A stretch of DNA of 13,426 nucleotides from a virus (IMGVR_UViG_651053022_000002:1-13426); one strand, 5' to 3'. Shown: positions 1-7,715, counted from the stretch's first letter. A program made the numbers and translations. Notes: a model not told the origin generated them from the letters alone.

Positions 1-177
1 TTACTGTTGGCGCAGGGTACGGATACCCTCCCTGGCCTGTGCGATACAGGGCAACAGTGCTGCCGAATCTGTTTTATCCTCATCGTTGTCGAAGATAATT
101 CCCGATTCGCAGTCGATATTGTCCTGCAGCCACGTAATCAGAATATCCAGCGCTGTTTCCGTGGTTAATGATTTCAT
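1..177 (-). CDS. Small conserved protein (58 aa) downstream of the cbtA module; possibly DUF957/YpjJ-like
   Basis: ATG at 177..175 and TAA at 3..1, internal to the 181-aa ORF 1..546. Protein MKSLTTETALDILITWLQDNIDCESGIIFDNDEDKTDSAALLPCIAQAREGIRTLRQQ. Position matches the small gene that follows cbtA in CP4-type islands (from memory). No strong Shine-Dalgarno. Confidence 0.45.
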   Translation of the reverse strand: MKSLTTETALDILITWLQDNIDCESGIIFDNDEDKTDSAALLPCIAQAREGIRTLRQQ

Positions 178-193
178 GTTGTGAATTTCCGGA

Positions 194-682
194 TTACCAG
201 TCGAAAGTGGGTAAACCCGGCAGATATCCGGCACTGGCATCCAGATGAATGAGACTGACACCATAACACCGGATGAGTGTGACGACCAGACGACGGAACG
301 TTTTTGACAGCCCCAGGCGCTTAAGCCGCAGAACCGGGTATGACCACGTATCGGTACGTAACAGATAACCGGTACCGGTAAAATGAATCCATTCTGATTC
401 ACCGAAGTCACTGGTCTGGTGTGACAGCGAGTACAGCCAGGCGTTGTCCGTTTCCGTGATATGTGCGGTACTGCAGCGTATGCCGGTAAGGGCAACAAAT
501 GGTGGCGTGCAGTCTGCTGAGGTCCGGTCAGATTCATCAACAACACGAAGGGAGTAGCCGTTATCGCAGACCATGTTAATCAGTTCAGCGAGATTAACAC
601 CATCAATGTCAACGACAATGCGCCCCATGTTCAGCGCCTGCACGTTAACGCTGTCGGCTTCCAGCGTCAGGGCCAGTTTCAT
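194..682 (-). CDS. Hypothetical protein (162 aa), DUF5983-like partner downstream of cbtA
   Basis: ORF 194..682. GGAGG sits 7 nt upstream of the ATG at 682..680, inside the 3' end of cbtA, so the two genes overlap by 38 nt. Family name is recalled from annotation habit, not verified. Confidence 0.5.
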   Translation of the reverse strand: MKLALTLEADSVNVQALNMGRIVVDIDGVNLAELINMVCDNGYSLRVVDESDRTSADCTPPFVALTGIRCSTAHITETDNAWLYSLSHQTSDFGESEWIHFTGTGYLLRTDTWSYPVLRLKRLGLSKTFRRLVVTLIRCYGVSLIHLDASAGYLPGLPTFDW

Positions 683-1055
683 CGTTTCGCCTCCGGATGC
701 TTCCCAGGGTAATGTTATTTACCGTTCTGTAATTGTCGCGGATCATCAGGCCTGTTGCCCGGCGAGCCCGGAGGATATCGATGCTGTTTATTAACTGAGA
801 GTGGGTACAGGCGCTGAATCCCGGCAGGTCGGTACGTACCAGTGCGTATTTTTCCACGAGAAAGTTCACTGCATCACACAGTGAAATGCCTGCCTCAATA
901 TGCTGCTCAATCACACGTTCATCAGCGAACGGTGTGTCATTCAGCGTGAGGCCATAGTGCTGGTCCAGCAGTCGGGTGAGCAGTGTCTGCCAGATGGTGA
1001 CTGGAGACGGGCAGCACGATACCTCCCGTACATGCGTGTCGGGTAATGTTTTCAT
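645..1055 (-). CDS. cbtA: CbtA-family toxin of a type IV toxin-antitoxin system (YeeV/YkfI/YpjF-like), 136 aa
   Basis: Translation [103 protein letters not shown]... matches my recollection of E. coli YeeV across most of its length; the C-terminal tail is longer than the recalled ~124-aa form. Confidence 0.85.
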   Translation of the reverse strand: MKTLPDTHVREVSCCPSPVTIWQTLLTRLLDQHYGLTLNDTPFADERVIEQHIEAGISLCDAVNFLVEKYALVRTDLPGFSACTHSQLINSIDILRARRATGLMIRDNYRTVNNITLGSIRRRNDETGPDAGSRQR

Positions 1056-1144
1056 ACTGAAGATTTTCCTGATATGCAGAGATAAAAAATGGGACAGTGG
1101 CGTGGTGAAAACACCAGGCCGGAGCAGAAGGTTATTCTGGTGGT

Positions 1145-1513
1145 TTACTTTTTCGTTTCAGGTGTCGGATAAACAGCCAGATAAACGTAACCACAGGAGC
1201 CGAGGGTGTCGGCTTCACAGGTCAGCCCCTTCGCATACAGTGTCACGGTATGCTGATGGCGGGGATTCAGTTCACCACTGGTGAGCATTAATTTCAGTTG
1301 TTTCATCAGCAGCGGAAAGGCCTGGTCCAGAGGGTACGCATCCGCATCTCTGAACCGGCCTCTGATACCGGCACGGTCGGCAAGGTAATGCAACCGGTTA
1401 CCCTCCTGCACCAGACGGGCGCCGAAACAGGGCGTCACTGTGCAGGGTAGTCCCCACCAGGGATGGTCGTCATTGTCATCGGGATGCGTTGTCCCGGAAA
1501 GTGTGTCTGACAC
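1145..1513 (-). CDS. cbeA: CbeA-family antitoxin (YeeU/YfjZ-like), copy A, about 123 aa with a GTG start
   Basis: Core ...[35 protein letters not shown]...[12 protein letters not shown]...[43 protein letters not shown] is YeeU-like. GTG at 1513..1511 is preceded by GAGGA. The ORF-track extension to 1621 runs into an unrelated remnant. Sits 89 nt upstream of cbtA. Confidence 0.75.
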   Translation of the reverse strand: MSDTLSGTTHPDDNDDHPWWGLPCTVTPCFGARLVQEGNRLHYLADRAGIRGRFRDADAYPLDQAFPLLMKQLKLMLTSGELNPRHQHTVTLYAKGLTCEADTLGSCGYVYLAVYPTPETKK

Positions 1514-1562
1514 GATAAAATCCTCACAGAAAATCGGTGAATGATAGTTTAACGATGACGGG

Positions 1563-1665
1563 TCAGCCGGCGCGCAGACCGGCTTCGGTAAAGGTGTATT
1601 CGTTGATGAGCAGGACCTCATCCACAGCGGCGTCTGAGCTCTGCCAGTCGTACTCGTTTTCCGGG
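1563..1665 (-). pseudogene. 3' fragment of the 171-aa gene (duplicate of the 2479..2580 segment), not an independent gene
   Basis: ORF 1563..1772 ends ...[32 protein letters not shown], near-identical to the C-terminus of the 2479..2994 protein. Nucleotide similarity runs about 1561..1660 and then breaks. Confidence 0.5.
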
Positions 1666-1917
1666 TGACGGAACATCCAGCAGTCGGGTGAGCAGTGTCT
1701 GCCAGATGGTGACGGGAGACGGGCAGCGCGATGCCGCCCGTACGTGTATGCCTGCCTCAATATGCTGCTCAATCACACGTTCATCGGCAAACGGTGTGTC
1801 ATTCAGTGTGAGGCCATAGTGCTGGTCCAGCAGTCGGGACAGCAGTATCTGCCAGATTTCAACAGGAGACGGGCGAGAACTGGCCGCCTGCCCGGGTAAT
1901 ACAGGTAATGTTTTCAT
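1618..1917 (-). pseudogene. Chimeric cbtA remnant: 5' end of cbtA (about 57 codons) joined to a second partial copy of the cbtA 5' segment
   Basis: Translation begins [57 protein letters not shown] (cbtA N-terminus) and then re-enters ...[17 protein letters not shown]. The segment 1681..1746 is a near-copy of 970..1033. Confidence 0.6.
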
Positions 1918-2012
1918 ACTGAAGATTTTCCTGATATGCAGATATAAAAATGGAAAAGTGGCGTGGTGAAAACACCAGGCCGTAGCAGAAGGCTATTCTG
2001 GAGAGTTAATTT

Positions 2013-2190
2013 TTCATTTCGGGCGTCGGATAAACAGCCAGATAAACGTAATCACAGGAGCCCAGGGTATCGGCTTCGCAGGTCAGTCCTTTCGCATACA
2101 GTTCATTTCGGGCGTCGGATAAACAGCCAGATAAACGTAACCACAACTGCTGAGGGTATCGGCTTTGCAGGTCAGCCCTTTTGCATACAG
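2013..2190. repeat. Tandem direct repeat, 2 x 89 bp, diverged copies of the cbeA 3' end
   Basis: Copy 1 at 2013..2101 and copy 2 at 2102..2190 both start ttcatttcgggcgtcggataaacagccagataaacgtaa and end gcatacag; a third related copy lies at about 1160..1250 in cbeA copy A. Confidence 0.8.
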
Positions 2191-2463
2191 CGTGACGGTA
2201 TGCTGATGGCGGGGATTCAGTTCACCGCTGGTGAGCATGAGTTCCAGTTGTTTCATCAGCAGCGGAAAGGCCTGGTCCAGGTGGTACGCATCTGCATCGC
2301 TGAACAGGCCTCTGATACCGGCGCGGTCGGCAAGGTAATGCAACCGGTTACCCTCCTGCACCAGACGTGCCCCGAAACAGGGCGTCACGGTGCAGGGCAG
2401 TCCCCACCAGAGGCGGTCGTTATGGTCGTCGGGATAATTTGTCTCATGGAGTTTGTCTGACAC
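2083..2463 (-). CDS. cbeA: CbeA-family antitoxin, copy B (126 aa), with a C-terminus altered by the tandem repeat
   Basis: [99 protein letters not shown]... is YeeU-like. The protein ends ...PTPEMNCMRKD, whereas the adjacent repeat copy encodes the canonical-looking ...PTPEMKN stop. Confidence 0.75.
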   Translation of the reverse strand: MSDKLHETNYPDDHNDRLWWGLPCTVTPCFGARLVQEGNRLHYLADRAGIRGLFSDADAYHLDQAFPLLMKQLELMLTSGELNPRHQHTVTLYAKGLTCKADTLSSCGYVYLAVYPTPEMNCMRKD

Positions 2464-2478
2464 GATAAAGTCCTCAGG

Positions 2479-2994
2479 TCAGCCGGCGCGCAGACCGGCT
2501 TCGGTGAAGGTGTATTCGTTGATGAGAAGGGCCTCATCCACAGCGGCATCAGAGGTCAGCCTGTCGTACTCGTTTTCCAGCTGACGGTACAAGTCGCGCA
2601 GGGCTTCGCTGACAGCGGCTTCCGCATCGGCTGTCATAGCCTGACCAGTCGGACTGTTCCGGGTAACAGTGATATCCATGCTGTACGGATGGCAGTAACG
2701 TCCCCGGTGGTGGATTTCAGCCTGCAGTTGCCAGAAGTTACGTTTCTGCACCGCCTGCAGGGCATCCGCGATACGATGGAGTTCATGGTCCTGTGTGGCA
2801 TACTCCCGGAGCCTTCTGGCTGTTGCTGGCTGCCAGTGCCAGCGTCCTTCAAAACAGGCTCCGTCCCCCTGGCTGCAGAATCCGCTGAACCAGATGCACG
2901 CCTCTTCCATAAACCTGCCGTTGCTGAGCCGGAAAACGCGCTGGCGGAGGTCAATTCCGAAAATGCCACAGACCGCCCTGAAGTCCTCATACAC
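2479..2994 (-). CDS. Conserved hypothetical protein immediately upstream of cbeA (171 aa from a GTG); possibly disrupted at its 5' end
   Basis: ORF 2479..2994 begins at GTG 2994..2992; reading upstream in frame hits TGA at 3051..3049. An ATG-initiated ORF in another frame (ATGATG at about 3084, through a T7/A7 run at 3054..3060) covers the upstream sequence. Family not recognised. Confidence 0.45.
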   Translation of the reverse strand: MYEDFRAVCGIFGIDLRQRVFRLSNGRFMEEACIWFSGFCSQGDGACFEGRWHWQPATARRLREYATQDHELHRIADALQAVQKRNFWQLQAEIHHRGRYCHPYSMDITVTRNSPTGQAMTADAEAAVSEALRDLYRQLENEYDRLTSDAAVDEALLINEYTFTEAGLRAG

Positions 2995-3093
2995 GTTTTC
3001 ATACCAGTTGCTGTCAGCATGATGCTGACGGTACCAGTCGCGGGCTTTTCACGATAAAAAAACTTCGGCAATTTCATCATGATTTGAAACATT

Positions 3094-3117
3094 GGCACCC
3101 TGTTAGCAAGGGTGCCA
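3094..3117 (-). terminator. GC-rich hairpin (8-bp stem) at the par-module / TA-island junction; possible terminator after parR
   Basis: ggcaccct-gttagca-agggtgcc at 3094..3117, downstream of parR on the minus strand; the following U-tract is weak. Confidence 0.3.
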
Positions 3118-3165
3118 GAATGATGTGTTGGTCTGTATTTTATTAGTTCACATACAATTATCAGA

Positions 3166-3480
3166 TTATTCTGGGAATAAGGTCTGAATATTCTTTTTTA
3201 TTTTATAAAAATTGCATTCAACTCCGCTAGGCTGATTATCCTGGTATGTTTCCTTGATGCTAACGGTATTGAAGGGGAGGTTGTCCTCTGGCCATTCGGC
3301 CATCCAGTAGGCAAATGCTGGGTTGCGCTTTATGAGCGCTAGCCCAGCCAGAAAGGCCGCGCGTTGCGCGCGGCTGCGTTCGGAGGCTGGCAGGCTATCG
3401 AGGTAATTGCACGCCTCCTGTTCACTCTTGACGGCGGCGGGCTTCAGATAGAAACTTATCCGTCTGGTTGGTGTCGTCAT
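3166..3480 (-). CDS. parR: ParR-like centromere-binding protein of a type II (ParMR) partition system, 104 aa
   Basis: ATG at 3480..3478 lies 4 nt after the parM stop. MTTPTRRISFYLKPAAVKSEQEACNYLDSLPASERSRAQRAAFLAGLALIKRNP... resembles plasmid R1 ParR as I recall it (RRTIAFKL...LDSIPQGERSRLNRAALTAGLALY). The ORF-track extension to 3615 overlaps parM and is rejected. Confidence 0.75.
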   Translation of the reverse strand: MTTPTRRISFYLKPAAVKSEQEACNYLDSLPASERSRAQRAAFLAGLALIKRNPAFAYWMAEWPEDNLPFNTVSIKETYQDNQPSGVECNFYKIKKNIQTLFPE

Positions 3481-3484
3481 TGGT

Positions 3485-4444
3485 TTACTCCTTGTCCATT
3501 GCGTACAGCCCATTAACCAGAGCAAACTGTGGCACCCCGTCCGCGATGAAAGTCGCATTAACTCCGCAGACTTCGCGGATAGCGGGTGCCACAATCTCCG
3601 CCCCTCCACCGACAACCATCACCCGCCCGTAACCCGAAAAAACCGCCAGCGCGCGGATCACGCGTTGTTTCAGTGTTTCTTCCTTTTCACGAATAACCGC
3701 CATCAGGCTGGCGTAATGCGCGTCATTGTGGATGTGCTGGCGCAGCCAGGCTTCATCATGGCGATGTTCGATAATGGTATTGGCGATGTGGTGACTGGTG
3801 CGCATACCGTTAGTGGCCATCACCGACAGTACGGCATCGGCCATCAGGGAAACGCCTACGTGTGGATCGCAAAACACCTGGCTGATACCTGCCAGTTGCC
3901 CTTGAACCTTTGCCACATCCAGCGTGGTTCCGCCTAAATCCACAATCAGCAGGGATTCAAACGGACTCATGTCAGCCAGTGCTTTAAAGCCAGCCGGAAT
4001 GGATTCAGGCATAACCCGCACGTTACGGATAGTGAATGCTTCGCCGTTCTGGTATTCCACCGGGCGCATAACGTTCGCTTTTTTGCGGTTGATGTTGGCC
4101 ATGTCCGGCTGTGCGTTTGTGTCGAAATACTCGCTCAGTGGCAGGGTGACAACCACATCCACCTCCTGTGGCGTGATGCCTGATTTGACCAGCGCGTGAT
4201 GAATGGCGATTACATTCACATCGCTGTACTGGTATTGCGTGTCGGTCGTCTGGACAAAGCGATCGCTAACCGGATCAAAACCATAGCGCACGCCATCAAG
4301 CATGTAGTTCGCGGGCTGCATGCCACCGAACGGCGCAGACCATTCCGACTTGAAGCTGTTCGGGCTGATGGCGTTGCGGCGTTCGCCATTCTCAGTCCAT
4401 GCCAGCTTGATGTTGGTGGAGCCGTCGTCGATACAAATTTTCAT
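3485..4444 (-). CDS. parM: ParM/StbA-like actin-type plasmid segregation ATPase, 319 aa
   Basis: MKICIDDGSTNIKLAWTENG...ISPNSFKSEW...YSDVNVIAIHHAL...VVVTLPLSEY...LIVDLGGTTLDV... carries the actin-fold phosphate motifs (IDDGSTNIK, DLGGTTLD) and closely tracks my recollection of R1 ParM. AAGGAAAA Shine-Dalgarno precedes the ATG at 4444. Confidence 0.9.
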   Translation of the reverse strand: MKICIDDGSTNIKLAWTENGERRNAISPNSFKSEWSAPFGGMQPANYMLDGVRYGFDPVSDRFVQTTDTQYQYSDVNVIAIHHALVKSGITPQEVDVVVTLPLSEYFDTNAQPDMANINRKKANVMRPVEYQNGEAFTIRNVRVMPESIPAGFKALADMSPFESLLIVDLGGTTLDVAKVQGQLAGISQVFCDPHVGVSLMADAVLSVMATNGMRTSHHIANTIIEHRHDEAWLRQHIHNDAHYASLMAVIREKEETLKQRVIRALAVFSGYGRVMVVGGGAEIVAPAIREVCGVNATFIADGVPQFALVNGLYAMDKE

Positions 4445-4462
4445 GTCGCTTTTCCTTATGTT

Positions 4463-4590
4463 GATTAATTAATCGTTTACGGGATTCTGAAATCCCGTTT
4501 TTGCCTGTTTTGTGCGCGCTTCATATATCGCTGCGCGTTTTTTGCTCATTTACGGGATTCGTAAGTCCCGTTTCTGTCTGTTTTTTGTTT
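4463..4590. repeat. Centromere- or operator-like repeats: the AT palindrome gattaattaatc plus two copies (73-bp period) of a hairpin-containing unit
   Basis: gattaattaatc at 4463..4474. Unit A: acgggatt-ctga-aatcccgt at 4479..4498 followed by T-rich sequence. Unit B: acgggatt-cgta-agtcccgt at 4552..4571, same flanks (tttacgggattc...cccgttt...ctgtttt). Unit A is in the rep-parM intergenic region; unit B is inside the rep 3' coding end. Confidence 0.7.
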
Positions 4591-7343
4591 CCACTGGTCA
4601 GGCCACCCCGCAGCAGGTCTGCTTTGCGGCTGGCGCGTTCAGTGGTTTCACTGATTCTCTGTGCGTGCTCTGCGTCGCGGATGGCGCGCAGCATGTCAGA
4701 AAGCACGGTAACGGGTGTTTTCATGGTGTTCTGGCCCTGCTGAAGTGTGGATGCCAGGCGTGCGGCGGCTTCAGGGTCTGATGCCCCCAGCTGTGCCAGA
4801 TAGCTGGCGACCGGGTTATGGCGGATCTCCGTGCTGCTTACGCCATGATTACGGCTCAGGCGCTGCCAGAGCTGCGTGATTCGGCTGTCCGGGCGGGTAT
4901 CCGGTTTGCGTACAATTTCAAATCCCTGCGGTGCAATGATGCTGCCGTCAACGTACAGACTGCCGCCCCGTAACAGGTGCTGCATCTGTTGTTCACCGAT
5001 ATGCAGGCCGAGAGATTCAGCAGACTCCCGCCATTCTTTAGCGAGTAATTCGTGGTTATCAGGCAAAGGCCGCTGCTGTTTGCGGCTCTGTGTCCAGCTC
5101 TGCATTTCATCGCTGCTGTTTTTTGCCTGTTTGTCACGAAGCGAACGCATCAGCGCCCGGCGTTCGTGTCGTTTCAGTGAGCGCATCCATTCGTTCACTT
5201 CAACGCCGTCAGGGAGCTGCGGCCACGGTGCTGGCCGTTCTTCCGGCTGTTCTGTCCCGTTGTTGTCCGTTTCCTGTACACGGGGACAGTTATTGCCACG
5301 AGTCCAAGGGGCGGCAGGGCCGCCCTGAAGGTCAAAACCATTTTCGCGGGCGCTGTCTTCCGCTTCCGGTTTACGTCTTACCAGCTTCCAGTTATCCGGA
5401 TGCGTGCACACACGGGAGGATTCCCCGATGAGTGGTGACCAGATCCCGTAAATCTGTACGCTCTGTTCGCCGTAATCGTTCAGCTCATCTGCGAGGTCGT
5501 AGGCGGTGCGAATCAGGTAGTCCTTGCGTGGAACAAGCACGCCACCCTGTTTTTCAATGTAGGTGGCAAAACACCCGGCATCGGCGGCAGCGAGTACCGC
5601 ATCCATTGCATCATCTTTCAGCCGTTGCGGGCCTTCCGGATTGCGTGCCATCTGGCTGGCAAGGCGGCGCAGTTCACGCCACACCTGACGGGAGGGGATG
5701 CCAAAGAACTGGAACTGACGGACCCGGTGAAGGCGCGCCCAGCCGATGGCGCGCTCCACGCTCTCGGCCATTGATTTTCCGGTTTCGTGGTCCACGCGTG
5801 GCTTGCCCGTTTTCGGGTCGATGCCATCCACGGCGCGGCTGTCCAGGTTCTTTCCGATGTAGGTGGCGATGTAGCTGGTTGGCGTGCCTTTTGAGCCGTC
5901 GACATACTCCACCTTAAAGCGCGGAGTAATATCATTGCCCAGCTCGTGGCGGTCTTCCTGAATGGCAATATCGCGGGTATGGGACACAATGGTGTCGATT
6001 TCTTCCGGATGTGCAAAGACCATCATATGCCAGTGCACGGTGCCGTCATGATGAGGCTCCACCGTGCGGATGCCATACCAGCGCAGGCCGTCGCGGTTCA
6101 GTTTTTTGCGGACCGCCGCAAAAAACGTGTTAACCAGGTAATCGCTGGAGTCGCGCATTGTGGCCCCGTTCCATTTGGGATTCGGATGACCGTTCTCCGT
6201 TGTGGCGTGGTATTTTGACGGGCAGGTGACAGTCAGAAACACCGCTTTGTCGCCACGGGCTTCGGCCAGAAGTTCCAGTCCCTTCATGGTGGCCATCATT
6301 TCTGCCTTACGGTGAACCGGGTTACTTACTCCCGCGTAATACACTGTCTCGAGATCAATCGTGAACCCGTCTTCATTTTCCAGCATGAAACTTTTCAGGA
6401 AATCGCGTGTTTTCTCGCGCTGTGCGCGAAACTCGCTTAACGCGTCCTGGCTCAGATAGGGTGATGTTTTTCTGGAAACCAGACAGGCGGCGCGGAGTTG
6501 TTCTTCTCTCCACTCGCAACGTAACAGCCACAGTTTGCGTTTCCACCATTCCGCACAGGTCAGGCGAAGGATTGCGCCCGGCAGCAGCTCCGTGTCCGGT
6601 TCGTTCCTCCGGTCTTTGTCTGTTGTCAGTGCGTCATAATGTGGAGGCATGGCGTGCAGGTGTAACGCCATGCGGGCCAGCATCTGATACGCCTTCAGGG
6701 TTACATCCATGGTCAGCTCGCCATCGGTCGCGCCAAAGCCATCGCAGAGTTTTTCGAAGGTGCTGCTGAACATCGCCGCCGTCATGGTGGCCAGCGTCTG
6801 TATCTGGTGTTTGTTGAGCTGCGGCAGGTAAAGCAAATCGTCCAGGCGTTCGCGTCCGGCAAGGGAGCGATAACCCGGTGTCAGCCAGCGTCCGTCAGTG
6901 CTATCCAGACGTTCGAATATTTTGCGCAGGGTTCCGCGTGCATAGCGTTCCGCCTGCCAGCTCTTTTTGCCTTTCCGGCGATCGGCTTCCTGTTTTTTGC
7001 GCAGGAAGGAGAGGTGGCGAATAAGCGGATCGCGCAGATAGGACGGCAGCAGGCGCAGCGAGGCCATGGCTTCATCCACCGCGCCACGTGCCTGTTTTCT
7101 GGCGTCTCCTGCCAGTGTGATGGTTTTGTCCTGTTTTTCCTGTGCGTCCAGGCTTTTATTAATCAGGTTGCCCAGCGGCGTGGCTGAGAACGCCGCATCA
7201 GCCATTTCCTGGCGGCGCTCGTTCTCTGCCCGGTAGGCATCCAGCCAGGAGGAAAGCGCGGATTCAGGAGCGGGGATCCCCGTTCCTTCACGCCCCACTG
7301 CGTGGCGCGGTTGTTGCCAGTCCCTGAGGTACTCTGCCGTCAT
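4521..7343 (-). CDS. Rolling-circle replication initiator (HUH endonuclease, phage P2 gpA / phiX174 gpA superfamily), 940 aa
   Basis: Contains the HUH metal-binding motif (TVHWHMMVF) and, about 50 residues later, the paired-tyrosine motif SYIATYIGKNLD (YxxxY) typical of superfamily-I rolling-circle Reps. No Walker A motif was seen, so it is not a P4 alpha-type primase-helicase. Confidence 0.85.
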   Translation of the reverse strand: MTAEYLRDWQQPRHAVGREGTGIPAPESALSSWLDAYRAENERRQEMADAAFSATPLGNLINKSLDAQEKQDKTITLAGDARKQARGAVDEAMASLRLLPSYLRDPLIRHLSFLRKKQEADRRKGKKSWQAERYARGTLRKIFERLDSTDGRWLTPGYRSLAGRERLDDLLYLPQLNKHQIQTLATMTAAMFSSTFEKLCDGFGATDGELTMDVTLKAYQMLARMALHLHAMPPHYDALTTDKDRRNEPDTELLPGAILRLTCAEWWKRKLWLLRCEWREEQLRAACLVSRKTSPYLSQDALSEFRAQREKTRDFLKSFMLENEDGFTIDLETVYYAGVSNPVHRKAEMMATMKGLELLAEARGDKAVFLTVTCPSKYHATTENGHPNPKWNGATMRDSSDYLVNTFFAAVRKKLNRDGLRWYGIRTVEPHHDGTVHWHMMVFAHPEEIDTIVSHTRDIAIQEDRHELGNDITPRFKVEYVDGSKGTPTSYIATYIGKNLDSRAVDGIDPKTGKPRVDHETGKSMAESVERAIGWARLHRVRQFQFFGIPSRQVWRELRRLASQMARNPEGPQRLKDDAMDAVLAAADAGCFATYIEKQGGVLVPRKDYLIRTAYDLADELNDYGEQSVQIYGIWSPLIGESSRVCTHPDNWKLVRRKPEAEDSARENGFDLQGGPAAPWTRGNNCPRVQETDNNGTEQPEERPAPWPQLPDGVEVNEWMRSLKRHERRALMRSLRDKQAKNSSDEMQSWTQSRKQQRPLPDNHELLAKEWRESAESLGLHIGEQQMQHLLRGGSLYVDGSIIAPQGFEIVRKPDTRPDSRITQLWQRLSRNHGVSSTEIRHNPVASYLAQLGASDPEAAARLASTLQQGQNTMKTPVTVLSDMLRAIRDAEHAQRISETTERASRKADLLRGGLTSGNKKQTETGLTNPVNEQKTRSDI

Positions 7344-7349
7344 AGTGAT

Positions 7350-7715
7350 TTACTTCGTCATGCCATTCAGGGTGTCGCGGCAGACTGTAGCCAGCCGCTG
7401 AATTTCCAGCACGGTGTCTTCTGTGTCGGCATGGCGATGTGTGATGCGGATGCTGTCGGCAATCACATCGACGATTGCAGAGGATGGGCGCTGGTAAATG
7501 CCAATAACGGACGGGGTGCCACCTTCAATGCGGTAAAGCCTGTAATTTCCCTCGTGGCTGTCAATCATGTAGCGACCATCAATAACAATCTTTCCGTCAG
7601 CGAGCTGCGGTACAGGCAGGGATTTCAGGTACATGTCATAACGATCACGCACGCGAGCGGCAAGATCACGTTCTGTATTGAGCAGGTATTCAAGAAAGTC
7701 GTTGGCGAGAATCAT
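7350..7715 (-). CDS. Hypothetical protein (121 aa) immediately upstream of rep
   Basis: ORF 7350..7715 with AAGAGGA 7 nt before the ATG; its stop lies 6 nt before the rep start, suggesting co-transcription. Confidence 0.6.
   Translation of the reverse strand: MILANDFLEYLLNTERDLAARVRDRYDMYLKSLPVPQLADGKIVIDGRYMIDSHEGNYRLYRIEGGTPSVIGIYQRPSSAIVDVIADSIRITHRHADTEDTVLEIQRLATVCRDTLNGMTK

Noticed and set aside
1-546. Long 181-aa form of the leftmost ORF
   Set aside because: Its N-terminal 123 residues are Cys/Pro/Arg-rich and overlap the 194..682 gene; only the C-terminal 58 aa from the ATG at 177 look protein-like.
573-2460. Plus-strand ORFs antisense to the toxin-antitoxin genes (573..794, 976..1284, 1963..2460)
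   Set aside because: Antisense to recognisable cbtA/cbeA genes; Arg/Ser-rich translations.
2634-3098. ORFs 2634..3098 (minus), 2689..3057 and 2795..3022 (plus) overlapping the 171-aa gene
   Set aside because: Alternative-frame and antisense overlaps; only the first roughly 15 codons of 2634..3098 may be a relic of the original N-terminus.
3166-3615. Long 149-aa form of parR starting at 3615
   Set aside because: The extension overlaps the parM 3' end in another frame; the ATG at 3480, 4 nt after the parM stop, gives the ParR-like protein.
3665-4468. Plus-strand ORFs antisense to parM (3665..3937, 3924..4199, 4196..4468)
   Set aside because: Antisense to a well-supported ParM gene; no ribosome-binding sites noted.
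4856-7187. Multiple ORFs on both strands inside the rep gene (4876..5328, 5090..5431, 5432..5917, 5946..6218, 6407..6769, 6807..7187 plus; 4856..5137, 5618..6016, 6881..7087 minus)
   Set aside because: Shadow ORFs typical of GC-rich coding sequence; they overlap a 940-aa gene with clear catalytic motifs and their translations are low-complexity (Arg/Cys/Ser-rich).
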